Under the pieces are notes generated by a model. The model did not search any database, had not been told where the DNA came from, and worked only from the letters and a program-made list of their open reading frames with translations. The translations under genes and the position numbers were made by a program. 64,000 bases of DNA, taken from assembly GCA_963674705.1 (NCBI GenBank), contig OY771506.1, positions 2,592,001-2,656,000 of the forward strand, given 5' to 3'. Source of the stretch: Phycisphaeraceae bacterium (lineage in GTDB: Bacteria > Planctomycetota > Phycisphaerae > Phycisphaerales > Phycisphaeraceae). Of this stretch, positions 50,984 through 60,947 are shown in pieces. Position 1 is the first letter of the stretch. Every line of letters begins with the position of its first letter.

Positions 50984-52537
50984 TCAAGCCTTATCGGTCC
51001 GTCGATGGCGAGCGAATCCCGCCCCCAACACGACCGCCAGACAGCACAGACTGCTCGGTTCAGGCACCTGCAAATCCGCGCCCGTCGGCGTCCCGTTGTT
51101 CCAATTACTCAGCACGATGTCCAGGTCATCCAATCCAACGAAGTTATCGCCGGTCGGATCGGCCGAAGGATCCATCTCAGGTGCAGAAAGGTTCCAATTG
51201 TTGAGCACCAGATCAAGATCATCTAATCCAACGAAACCATCACCGTTCAGATCACCCTCGGGGATCGAGATGATCGGTTCCAGCAACACGAACTGCAATG
51301 CCGTCAGCATCGGCGACTTAAGGATCGCAGCGATGTAACCGTCATCATTGATTGCATTGGCTTGTCTTAAGTCACTTGAGATGCTCCAGTCGATCAATTC
51401 ATCCAGGAACCGCATCCCCGAAACGCTGTCGTAAATAAAACCTCTGCGATCGGAACCCTCGTAATACGCGCCGACTGTTGTGCCGTGGTTGTTGATATCA
51501 AAAAGAAATGTCTTGCCCGTGACGGACCCGATCCCCGCCGCATTGCCGTGAAAACGCACGACCTCCTCCGAGCTTTCGTTGGATTCAAAGTAGCCGTTGC
51601 TGTTCGCATCGTCCCAATCGAAAGCGTTGTCGCCGTCAAGGTCGGTCCAGATGAATGCGACTTCGTTGTTGTTCTCGTTGCGCATCGTCCCGCAGACCTG
51701 TCCCAACTCATTGATGCCATACGCGGCACTGATGCTGCTGACCGCACTCATCGCCGGAACCTGCGTGATCTCGATCGCTTCAGCAGACCCGCTTGCATCC
51801 AGGTCTCGCCAGATATAGCCCGCATCCGATGTCTGGAAGATCACATCCCCCGCATCGTTGATCTTGGCGCTGAATACGCTCCCGCTGATGTACACGCGCG
51901 GCGCGGTTTCCGTCACGACGCCATCATTCAAACTAAGTGACGCCATATATAACCCGCTGTCGCCATCGATCAGTACCTGGCCGTTGTTGTTCACCGCGAT
52001 AGCAGACCCATAGCTCGCACCGGGATTCAATGCCAGCTCGTGCATTTCCCCGGCCGTTCGTGCGTTGTTGCCATCATCATCAAACCAAAGAAATGGCCGA
52101 TTATCACTGTCTTCAGTCGCGGTAGTCGTACTGCTTATGCCCACGACCCAGCCCAGATCGTTCAACCCCATGCCCTTGCTGATGTCATTGCGCGGCGACA
52201 CCGATTGATCCGCATAATCACCTGTCAGATCACCCAGATTCGCGACCGTTTGCCCAACCGGATCATAGAAGAACGGACGGGCATCCTGCCATAACTCGTC
52301 GATTCCTGCATCTCCCGTCCCGGTCATCTGGCCCGAAGCATTGATCGCACCAATACTCGGCCGACTCAGCGACAGGGCGGGGCGGCCCTGTGAGATGTCA
52401 TACGCGGGCTGGTCGGCATTGAATAACAACAGGGTGTTGTATTCAATATCAGCACAAGCCGGGTTCACAAACGACACACAGCCGATACCCAAACCCCAGA
52501 CGACCATGACGCGCGGTTGTAGATACTTGCCCCACAT
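50984..52537 (-). CDS. PEP-CTERM protein with HAF-like repeats and paired dockerin-like EF-hand module
   Basis: A.GIN..GQ repeats, GDLNGDGFVGLDDLD x2, VPEP-TM-RHRR tail. Confidence 0.88.
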   Translation of the reverse strand: MWGKYLQPRVMVVWGLGIGCVSFVNPACADIEYNTLLLFNADQPAYDISQGRPALSLSRPSIGAINASGQMTGTGDAGIDELWQDARPFFYDPVGQTVANLGDLTGDYADQSVSPRNDISKGMGLNDLGWVVGISSTTTATEDSDNRPFLWFDDDGNNARTAGEMHELALNPGASYGSAIAVNNNGQVLIDGDSGLYMASLSLNDGVVTETAPRVYISGSVFSAKINDAGDVIFQTSDAGYIWRDLDASGSAEAIEITQVPAMSAVSSISAAYGINELGQVCGTMRNENNNEVAFIWTDLDGDNAFDWDDANSNGYFESNESSEEVVRFHGNAAGIGSVTGKTFLFDINNHGTTVGAYYEGSDRRGFIYDSVSGMRFLDELIDWSISSDLRQANAINDDGYIAAILKSPMLTALQFVLLEPIISIPEGDLNGDGFVGLDDLDLVLNNWNLSAPEMDPSADPTGDNFVGLDDLDIVLSNWNNGTPTGADLQVPEPSSLCCLAVVLGAGFARHRRTDKA

Positions 52538-52634
52538 GGATTGGCATTGTAGTGAACACGCTCTTGTTTCTGAACCTTTTTTTTACAAATTAACAGGGAA
52601 TTCTCCTCAAACCTCATAGATATATCCGCGCATG

Positions 52635-52663
52635 AAAAAGGCCCGCCACGATCTGGCGAGCCT
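52635..52663 (-). terminator. Probable Rho-independent terminator
   Basis: AGGCTCGCCA..TGGCGGGCCT followed by TTTT downstream of the OmpA gene. Confidence 0.65.
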
Positions 52664-52695
52664 GGGTGGTCTGGGTGGTTTTCCAGCAATCGCGA

Positions 52696-53544
52696 TTATT
52701 TATAAATCGTCGGCGGCTGGGTGATGTCCGGTTTCGGCTCGGTCGTCGGCGCAGCCGGTGTATCGGCTGCCGGTGCGGCGGTTGCTTCCGGTGCAGCGCT
52801 CGGTGTGCTGCGTGCAACCAGGTACAACTCGACACGGCGGTTGGCTTCCGCGCCGCCTACGCCGTTGGGCACGACAGGCATGAACTCGCCGTAGCCCGCC
52901 ACGCTCATCCGCGTCTGCGGCACGCCCGCCTTCGCCAGCACTTCCATCACCGCGATCGCACGGTGCACCGACAGGTGCCAGTTCGTCGGGTGCTTCTCAC
53001 GGGTGCCCACGTTCTTGATCGGCACGTTATCCGTGTGCCCGACCACGCGGACCTCATACTGCGAAGCCGAAGGCGAATTAAAGATCCGGGCAAGGCTTCC
53101 CAGCGTGTTCGTAGCCCCGGCACTCACCTGGGCCGAACCCAACGCAAACGTCAGGTCGCTGCGGAGCTTGACCATGCCACGCTCTGCGTCGTAGCTCATG
53201 AGCTGCGGGTTCGCTTCCGCCAACCGGCTCAGGGCGTCGTCCAGTTCCGGCGGCAGAACCACCGCACTGGCGTTACGCAGGCGATCTTCAGCGTCATCCA
53301 GGGCCTTTCGCAGCCGGTCACGCTCGGCAATCGCCTGGGCCAAAGCGTCGGCCTCGCTGCCGGCATCGCCCTGCAACGCCGCAATACGGGCCTGGGCCTC
53401 CGCCAGCCTTTCCTGCAGTTCCACAACCTGCTCTTGACTGTTACGGTAAAGTGTCTTCAGGTCGTCGGCCTCACGTTGGGCCACGCAGCCCACGGCGACC
53501 ACTGCCAGCAGCGCGAGAATCGTCCATGTTTTCATCAGTCTCAT
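52696..53544 (-). CDS. OmpA/MotB-domain lipoprotein
   Basis: Lipobox AVGC, coiled coil, GHTDN.P, NWHLS..RA, GYGE..P and NRRVE motifs. Confidence 0.92.
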   Translation of the reverse strand: MRLMKTWTILALLAVVAVGCVAQREADDLKTLYRNSQEQVVELQERLAEAQARIAALQGDAGSEADALAQAIAERDRLRKALDDAEDRLRNASAVVLPPELDDALSRLAEANPQLMSYDAERGMVKLRSDLTFALGSAQVSAGATNTLGSLARIFNSPSASQYEVRVVGHTDNVPIKNVGTREKHPTNWHLSVHRAIAVMEVLAKAGVPQTRMSVAGYGEFMPVVPNGVGGAEANRRVELYLVARSTPSAAPEATAAPAADTPAAPTTEPKPDITQPPTIYK

Positions 53545-53666
53545 TGGGAGCCACTCCTTGTCTCGTTTTTTGTTAGGCCAAGCGGGATTGTAACGCGTCG
53601 GTTAAGGTGTGGGAAGTCTACACCAGCCCGTTACACTACCTGTCCTCGGGTTTTAAGGTCATCGGC

Positions 53667-54950
53667 ATGAAGCATGACAACGTCACAGTTTATCGGGCGG
53701 CCGCCATCCGTGACGCCCAGGGCACAAACGCCCGCCCAGGCGCCGTTGCCGTCAAACACGGCATGGTCGTCGCCTCCGGGCACCCTGATTCGCTCCCCAA
53801 ACGCCTCCTGCGCAACGCCACCTTCATCGATCGGCCCAGGGACCTGATCCTCCCCGCCTTCGTCAACGCCCATACCCACCTCGACCTGACCATCCTCGGC
53901 CCCATCCCGCATGCCGGCAGCTTCTCCGATTGGCTCAGCAGCGTCATCCAGAATCGCCCGATCGAGCCCAAGCGGATCATCGAGTCCGTCAGGAAGGGCC
54001 TTCGGCTCAGCCGCGAGGCAGCCACCGGACACCTCGGCGACATCGCCGGCTCCACCGCCGCCATCATGGCTCGTCGCCAGGCCCCCAACGAAGCCCTCAT
54101 CCCCGGCGTCAGCTATATGGAATGCTTCGGGCTCGGCGATCAGCAGAACGCCTCCATCGTCCGCGTCGAACGCGCCCTCAACGACCTGCCCTTCGAGACG
54201 CGCATCGACAACCACGACCGCGGCGCAGTGCTGGGCCTCGGCCCGCACGCGCCGTACTCCACAGGCATCGAGGTCTACAAGGCCGCACGACGTCTCAGCC
54301 ACACGCGCTTCTACCGCCTGACCACTCACCTCGCCGAGTCGCCCGAAGAGATCGAGTTCGTCCGCGACGCCACCGGCCCCTTCGCCGACCTGCTGCGCTC
54401 ATTAAACAAGTTCCCCGCCGACCACGAACCGTCAGGCCAACACCCCGTCCACTGGCTCGAACCCGTCCTCAAACACGCACGCTGGCTGCTCGCACACTGC
54501 AACTACGTCGAAGATGAACACATCGAGATCATCCAGCGCACCGGCACCAGCGTCGTCTACTGCCCCGTCGCCAGCGACTACTTCGGGCATCGTGACCACC
54601 GCTACCGCGACATGATCGACGCCGGCGTCAACGTCTGCCTCGGCACCGACTCCATCCTCTGCCAACCCCCCGACGAACCCCAACCCATGGGCATCCTCCC
54701 CCAGATGCGCCACCTCTTTAAGCGCGACGAAACCGACCCCAACCTGCTATTAAAGATGGCCACCACCAACGGCATGCTCGCCCTCGAATTCGCCGAAACC
54801 TCCGCCACGTTACAGAAACGAGCCCCCGCCAAGTTCGCCGCCATCAAGATCGACCCGAACGATCCACTCGATCCGCTGGTGCAGGCACTGACGGGGGATG
54901 AACAAGTTAGGTTGGTGGATGGGACGAAGGTGTTTAGCAATGAAGGATGA
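53667..54950 (+). CDS. Metal-dependent amidohydrolase (nucleoside deaminase-like)
   Basis: NAHTHLD, PHAPYS, HLAES, AHCN and LGTDS motifs. Confidence 0.9.
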   Translation: MKHDNVTVYRAAAIRDAQGTNARPGAVAVKHGMVVASGHPDSLPKRLLRNATFIDRPRDLILPAFVNAHTHLDLTILGPIPHAGSFSDWLSSVIQNRPIEPKRIIESVRKGLRLSREAATGHLGDIAGSTAAIMARRQAPNEALIPGVSYMECFGLGDQQNASIVRVERALNDLPFETRIDNHDRGAVLGLGPHAPYSTGIEVYKAARRLSHTRFYRLTTHLAESPEEIEFVRDATGPFADLLRSLNKFPADHEPSGQHPVHWLEPVLKHARWLLAHCNYVEDEHIEIIQRTGTSVVYCPVASDYFGHRDHRYRDMIDAGVNVCLGTDSILCQPPDEPQPMGILPQMRHLFKRDETDPNLLLKMATTNGMLALEFAETSATLQKRAPAKFAAIKIDPNDPLDPLVQALTGDEQVRLVDGTKVFSNEG

Positions 54951-55057
54951 ATTCTTAATGTGATAAGTATGATTTTCGCTTTGAATTCTTTGATATCCGA
55001 CATGAGACGATTTGAATTTTAGTTTTTTATGTAATCTCACCTAAGTAGGGGGTAACG

Positions 55058-56200
55058 ATGGCAAGTCACGTTGTACGGTTTTTCCTATGCGGGTTGGTGC
55101 TTCTTGCTACACACACGGTCTCATGTGCTGAAGAACCAGGCGGAACCATTCCCGCATTGCCTGAAAAGGCATTGTTGTCTGGCACTAACTTTGTGATTTG
55201 GATCGACACGCAAGCTTTAACCGGGAAGTCGATAGAAGACACCAAGGTCACATTAGAAGCGGTTGGATTAATTGATGCTGAAAAACTGACGCCTGAATCG
55301 GTGAAGCAATACGATGTATGGCTATCTGAATTCGTAAGTATTCAAGAAAATTTCGTTGATCAGGGTGTCAATAGTATTGTCATGTCTTTTGGGACTAAAG
55401 ACCTGCTGGTCGAGCCGGGTGTAATCATGCAAGAAGAATCGGCGGACGAAGATCCTGATGCTGAGGATAATGACAATTCAATCCAGCCGGCTCAATTGTT
55501 TTTTAATGTAAAACCGGGCTGTGATCCATCTCATCTGAAGGCCGTGATTATCAGGAGCGTTGAAGAGACCGGTGAAGCAGACGATGAAGCACTGGCTGAT
55601 CTGCGAGAAGCCGAATTCCATGCAATATCAGATCGATGGATAGTAATGGTCAATGACGACTTGTCCATGCCTTCGACGTCTGATGAAACCGCCAGTGAGG
55701 AAGTTGTGAAACATTTTCTTGATGTTCTTGTGCAAGAAGATGGCGCGGCTATTCGCATGGTATGGATAGTAAACGAAGCAGCTAAGCAACAGATCAACGA
55801 ACTACTGCTTGAACCGGAGGCATTTTTCATCTCAGGTTTATTACAACCTATGCGGTCGCTGGATTCAGGTACCATCGCACTGTGGCCGGGAATAAACCCG
55901 AAACTCAAAGTTTCAATGCGTTTCGCATCACCTGAATATGCCGAACAATTTCAGTCTGGTGTGAATGGCATTCTGATGTTTGTTTCAAATATGACAGCCT
56001 TGGCGGCTAATGCTGAAATGACCGAAGAGCAGAAGCTGGCCCAGCAACAGGCGCTAGAACAAACGAAAGTCATGATGACCTTGTTGATGTTTGATCGGAA
56101 CGATGCCGTACTATCGAAAACCGTAGATACGGTCATTTTAAAACGTATGGCTGAGGTGGGAATTACGTTTAACGGGACTGATTCTGAAACCAACGAGTAG
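55058..56200 (+). CDS. Hypothetical secreted acidic protein
   Basis: 380 aa ORF with a signal peptide and lower GC. Confidence 0.75.
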   Translation: MASHVVRFFLCGLVLLATHTVSCAEEPGGTIPALPEKALLSGTNFVIWIDTQALTGKSIEDTKVTLEAVGLIDAEKLTPESVKQYDVWLSEFVSIQENFVDQGVNSIVMSFGTKDLLVEPGVIMQEESADEDPDAEDNDNSIQPAQLFFNVKPGCDPSHLKAVIIRSVEETGEADDEALADLREAEFHAISDRWIVMVNDDLSMPSTSDETASEEVVKHFLDVLVQEDGAAIRMVWIVNEAAKQQINELLLEPEAFFISGLLQPMRSLDSGTIALWPGINPKLKVSMRFASPEYAEQFQSGVNGILMFVSNMTALAANAEMTEEQKLAQQQALEQTKVMMTLLMFDRNDAVLSKTVDTVILKRMAEVGITFNGTDSETNE

Positions 56201-56301
56201 CTTAGGTGCCACACTTTGACCCGCAGGGCAAAGTGTGTTGTCCCCACGCGTCCTTCATTAAACCGGCTGATGTGATGCGATGATGAATTTTCAAATATTA
56301 G

Positions 56302-56913
56302 ATGCGTAAGCTATTGGTGAACGTAATGCACGAAGCTTTTGCAACAATTAAGTTTGGCCCTTTTCATACGGAGTACCATCGTAGAGCGGTGGATAATGAG
56401 TTCAAAGAAGCATTTAGCAACTATCTTGAGACAGAATTACTGCCGCAAGTCGATGAAGCATATGAAACGACCGAGGGTGCAATAACCTCGCTTGTAAATG
56501 AGGAAAAATTCTGTGGCCCCAATAGCCTTGTTAAGGATGTCTATCAATTTGAATTTGCTTTCATCCGTCAAGGTTCACGAGATGAAGTCAAACTGGAGAT
56601 ACGTCGCGATCTTAAAAACGATGTGTTTATACCAAGGTATCGCCATCGCACACTTTATTTATGGACACAGCGAAGAAAGGAAGAACATGATCGCTTCTGC
56701 CAGGCCATAAATGATATGGTGAAGCGTATTCTCGAAGGCCAAGCTGGGCAGTGGCATTGTCCGGAGTGCAACGCGGCGCTTAGTCTTGTTGATGCCAAAG
56801 CCATGTTTGACCTGCGATGCCCCTCCGGCTGTTTCAACTATAATTACCATCGTAATCCGGAAACAGGCGGATTCTTGCACGGTCACTTTTTTGCTGATCC
56901 AAGCAGCAAGTAG
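56302..56913 (+). CDS. Hypothetical protein with C-terminal zinc-ribbon-like motif
   Basis: CPEC...CPSGC, lower GC. Confidence 0.65.
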   Translation: MRKLLVNVMHEAFATIKFGPFHTEYHRRAVDNEFKEAFSNYLETELLPQVDEAYETTEGAITSLVNEEKFCGPNSLVKDVYQFEFAFIRQGSRDEVKLEIRRDLKNDVFIPRYRHRTLYLWTQRRKEEHDRFCQAINDMVKRILEGQAGQWHCPECNAALSLVDAKAMFDLRCPSGCFNYNYHRNPETGGFLHGHFFADPSSK

Positions 56914-57003
56914 CCGGGGTGCCATCTATGAGAAAGCCGCCTTTGTCAAGCAAGTAGCATGGATCATCGCCCCGTAGCAAGTAGCATGGGTTCCCACTCC
57001 AAC

Positions 57004-57222
57004 GTAGGGTGCGGTTAAGCGCAGCGCAACCCACCACGGATACACATTTACTCTCACACTGCCATTCATTGCAAGCCAAACGCGCTGCTGCCAATTTACT
57101 TCGTTGATCATTCGTGGCAATTCAATAGCTTCCGGCACACGCCCCGTAACATCGCGGTAAATCTATATTTGTTCGCCACTGCTCAACTGTGGTGGGTTAC
57201 ACTTCGCTTATAGCCACCCTAC
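57004..57222. repeat. Inverted pair of GTAG-type REP-like elements
   Basis: GTAGGGTGCGGTTAAGCGCAGCGCAACCCACC (57004-57035) and GGTGGGTTACACTTCGCTTATAGCCACCCTAC (57191-57222). Confidence 0.7.
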
Positions 57223-57576
57223 AAACCACGAAGTCCTTTGGTTCGGACTTATGGGAAATCCAACTTTCTCACTCTCCCCCCGGGAGAGGGCCGGCGTCCT
57301 TATACGAACATTTTCAATAAACACACGAAATCAATCCAGCCCTCATCCCAGCTTTCTACCGAGGAAAGAAGGGGCCGGACAATGCGATTCACTTAGATGT
57401 TGCGGATTGGATAGAATGAGCGTGAGGCGGATGCAATACTGTTGGGAACACGAATCGACACTAATAACCATAAATCATCTTTTATGTGTTAATCAGCGAA
57501 GATGAGTGTTCCCTGTATCCTGTTACTACATACAAGGAAATCGATCAGGTATCATTGAACATTTTGAAAGCAGATT

Positions 57577-58617
57577 GTGACGAAGAAACAAATAAAATGG
57601 ACAATCAGGATCCCTTTGTTTGTGGGGACCTTCATCTCCTTGTTCTATGTGCCATGGATTCTGATCTGGGCATGGATCCTGCCGCTACCCGATACGGTGC
57701 AGCAGCAGGTGGATGATGCGATAGGTCTGGGTCTTGATGGGATCATTGTCTATGTGGACGAGGCGGGCAAACCGCCGGCGTTTTATGCGGCGGGCTGGCA
57801 CGACCGGGCGAACAAGATTCCCGCCGATCCACATGCGTTATTCAAGATCGCCAGCATCAGCAAGTTGTATGATGCGGTGGCGATCACCAGATTAGTCAGT
57901 GATGAACGTTTGTCTTTGGATAAAACGCTGGCCGATTACTTTCCCGAACTCGTGGGAAGGATCGAGAATGCTGACAGGATTACGTTGAGGATGATGGTGC
58001 AGCATCGAAGCGGCATCCCCAACCTGACGGACACGCCGAACTTCTGGGTTGATCCGCCGAAAAGCAGTGAAGAAGCGCTTCAGCTCGTGTTGGATATGCC
58101 CGCCAACTTCGAGCCGGGCGAAGACTATGAGTATTCAAATACGAATTATCTGCTGATCACCATGCTCATCGAAAAGACCGTGGGCACCAGCAAATTCCAA
58201 TACATCAAGGAAGAAGTGCTGACGCCGCTGAATCTGACACACACATACGGCTCGCTTAGCGAAGTAAATCTGGACGATCTGATGGGCGGCTACTACGTCG
58301 GTATCGAAGAAGACATCAAGACAACCGACTACGGCTCAATGATCGCCAGCGCAGAAGATGTAGGTATATTCCTGCGGGCATTAAACGATGGTTCATTATT
58401 GAATGAAGAAGAACAGACAATCTATTCTTCCATTTATAAGTTTGAGCATACAGGCCTGATCCCCGGCTACCAGAGCAGCGCGAAGTACTACAAAGACATC
58501 GACACGGTGGTCGTCGAATTCAACAACACAACAAACTTCGATGGCTACACCTGGAACCTGTTGGGTATCGTCAATAATCGTATCGTGAAGATACTGAGGC
58601 GTAGCAGAAACTCGTAA
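57577..58617 (+). CDS. Serine hydrolase, beta-lactamase/DD-peptidase family
   Basis: F.IASISK (SxxK), YSNTNY and HTG motifs plus an N-terminal TM. Confidence 0.92.
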   Translation: MTKKQIKWTIRIPLFVGTFISLFYVPWILIWAWILPLPDTVQQQVDDAIGLGLDGIIVYVDEAGKPPAFYAAGWHDRANKIPADPHALFKIASISKLYDAVAITRLVSDERLSLDKTLADYFPELVGRIENADRITLRMMVQHRSGIPNLTDTPNFWVDPPKSSEEALQLVLDMPANFEPGEDYEYSNTNYLLITMLIEKTVGTSKFQYIKEEVLTPLNLTHTYGSLSEVNLDDLMGGYYVGIEEDIKTTDYGSMIASAEDVGIFLRALNDGSLLNEEEQTIYSSIYKFEHTGLIPGYQSSAKYYKDIDTVVVEFNNTTNFDGYTWNLLGIVNNRIVKILRRSRNS

Positions 58618-58946
58618 TATACTGTCATGGCATTGCTGGTCCGAGCCGATTCGACCGCCCGACGATCTGATCATCTCGGTATGTTCTGCGGCTTTGCGCG
58701 CTGCTTGATCAAACGAACCGTACCCGTGCGCGCGCCGTCCAATCGCGACAGGGTCGTGCGCCCAAAAGGTGGTGGAAAACCGGTTGTTTGAAAGCCGCTG
58801 ATTTGCCCAGGCGGATCGGAACTGCTAGCCGGCACTTCAATCTCGCGCCACATTCTGCAAGCCAGTCAAGATTTGTCTTGACTACCCGGACAAACCGGTT
58901 AGGATCGACACATCAAAAGACTACACAAGATTATGAGAGGTTGGCT

Positions 58947-59822
58947 ATGAGGCGTTCGTTGTCTGTGCGATCGTTGCCGGCGGTGGTTGTCTGCGTGTTG
59001 AGTGTTGCGTGGAGCAGCGGGGCGTGTTGGGCTGAGTCGATCGTGCTTGAGTCTGCGCAACTCGGGACGACGGGGCACACTGGCGGCACGAGTATCACAG
59101 CCAATCAGCACGTCGGTTGGCGTTTTCATATCGACGAACCTTTGGTCGTCGATCAGGTTGGCGGACATCTGTTGGCGTATTCATCCATCCTCGGCGACAT
59201 CTATGCCGCGCTGATCCGTTTGCAATCGATCGACAGTTTCCCGCAGGGTAGTCCCTATACTGCAGAGGAAGTTGTCGCGGCGACAACCTTTCGGCCGGGA
59301 TTTCCCAGTGACGAATACTTCACTCCACTTTCAGCGTTGCTAATTCCCGGTGACTACGCGCTGGTGTTTGGTTCGAACGAGTTCGGCGCGACAGGTGAAG
59401 CGGCGATGCATAACGGTCTGGACCAACCCGACATCCCGCCGACGGACATCTCGTCATACATCTTCTGGGGCATCCCCGGGCCGAACAAACCGCCGACATG
59501 GCGGACCAACCTTGCGTATGGTTTGCGCTTCATCATTGAGGGACACAGCCCGATCGATGGCGATCTGAACGGCGATGGTTTCGTCGGCCTGGATGATGTG
59601 GATATCGTGTTGATCAACTGGAACCTGAACGTAACCGCAGGTGACTTGCTATCGGGCGATCCTTCCGGCGATGGTTATGTCGGTCTGGATGATCTGGACA
59701 TCGTATTGAACGATTGGAACGCGGGTACGCCAGCAGACGCAATCGTCTTTATCCCCGAGCCGACGACACTGATCCTGTTTGCTTTTATGGGTTTGATCGG
59801 GCTGGCAGGCCGATCATCGTAG
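58947..59822 (+). CDS. PEP-CTERM protein with paired dockerin-like EF-hand module
   Basis: Signal peptide, GDLNGDGFVGLDD / GDPSGDGYVGLDD, IPEP-TM tail. Confidence 0.85.
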   Translation: MRRSLSVRSLPAVVVCVLSVAWSSGACWAESIVLESAQLGTTGHTGGTSITANQHVGWRFHIDEPLVVDQVGGHLLAYSSILGDIYAALIRLQSIDSFPQGSPYTAEEVVAATTFRPGFPSDEYFTPLSALLIPGDYALVFGSNEFGATGEAAMHNGLDQPDIPPTDISSYIFWGIPGPNKPPTWRTNLAYGLRFIIEGHSPIDGDLNGDGFVGLDDVDIVLINWNLNVTAGDLLSGDPSGDGYVGLDDLDIVLNDWNAGTPADAIVFIPEPTTLILFAFMGLIGLAGRSS

Positions 59823-60167
59823 ATCAGTAAGAAGCAAGTACCATGACATGTTGCCGTAATTGGTTATGCGAATTGCAATTCATCGCGATAGTGCAAGCGA
59901 TACTCAAACCTTCAAACTGATGCACGCATTCGCAACAAGCGGGGCCGACCTTTCTGCTGCACGGGGATATTGCGGATAAGTAATCCGAACGGGTTTTTTA
60001 CAGCCTGGAGCAACGACTAAAGATATTTACTACTCTTTTCACTGTATGTACGAGCGAGCAATCTGCGAAAAAAGGTTGTAAGCTTGAGGCAGATACGATA
60101 GATTGCGTGTCACGCATGAGTATGCGATTGGGCAGGATATAAAAATCAACTGGCGGAGGAGAGAAAG

Positions 60168-60824
60168 ATGCGTCAATATTTATCAGCTAAGTTATGCGCC
60201 GCGCTGGTGGCGGGCCTAATGGTTTCGCAGGTGCAGGCGGATGTCATCAGCACATTTGATACGGATACCGACGGCTGGTTCAAACTGCCCGGTAGTGACG
60301 CCGGTTCGTCCGTGCAGTGGGTGTCCACCGGCGGCAATCCCGATGGGTTCTTGCAATATAACGAGGTGGGTTCCGGGTTCCTCGACTTTGTGGCTGCGCC
60401 TGCGAAGTTCCTGGGTAACAAGGCCGGGTACTACGGCGGCACCCTCAGCTTCGACATCAAAACCAACACGCTATCCAGCCCGACTAACCGCAACGACCAG
60501 GTCAAGCTCATCGGCGACGGCATCGAGCTGCGGTTTGAGCTGCCCAATCCTTCGCCATTGAACGAATGGCATGCACGCAGCATCGACCTTGTCGAGACGG
60601 CGGGCTGGATCAATACCGGTGACAATCAACCCCCGTCACAAACCGAGATGCTCAGTGTGTTAGGCAACCTGACCGCTTTGCACCTGCTGACCGATTATCG
60701 CAGCGGCACCGAGAAGCCGTCATACGACAATATTAAGCTGGTGCCCGAGCCGACCACGGCAGCACTGATCGGCATGGTCAGCCCGCTTGCATTGATACGT
60801 CGTCGCCGTCGCGCAAAGGCGTAG
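60168..60824 (+). CDS. PEP-CTERM protein with laminin-B (domain IV)-like domain
   Basis: STFDTD.DGW, AP.KFLGN...YGG.LSF, VL.NL..L and VPEP-TM-RRRRR. Confidence 0.85.
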   Translation: MRQYLSAKLCAALVAGLMVSQVQADVISTFDTDTDGWFKLPGSDAGSSVQWVSTGGNPDGFLQYNEVGSGFLDFVAAPAKFLGNKAGYYGGTLSFDIKTNTLSSPTNRNDQVKLIGDGIELRFELPNPSPLNEWHARSIDLVETAGWINTGDNQPPSQTEMLSVLGNLTALHLLTDYRSGTEKPSYDNIKLVPEPTTAALIGMVSPLALIRRRRRAKA

Positions 60825-60947
60825 CAATCAACATGGTTATTGTGGATTGCGTTTGGGCAAGCCACAAACCATCACGGCACGGCAGTCAGGATCGTAAATC
60901 AATGGAAGGCATTGTAAATCTGTGCCTGCACGGTTTGATCTGCGTTG

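Noticed and set aside
52666..53670. Long antisense ORFs (also 11622-12584, 19946-20863 and others)
   Set aside because: Shadow frames opposite well-supported genes, as expected in high-GC DNA.
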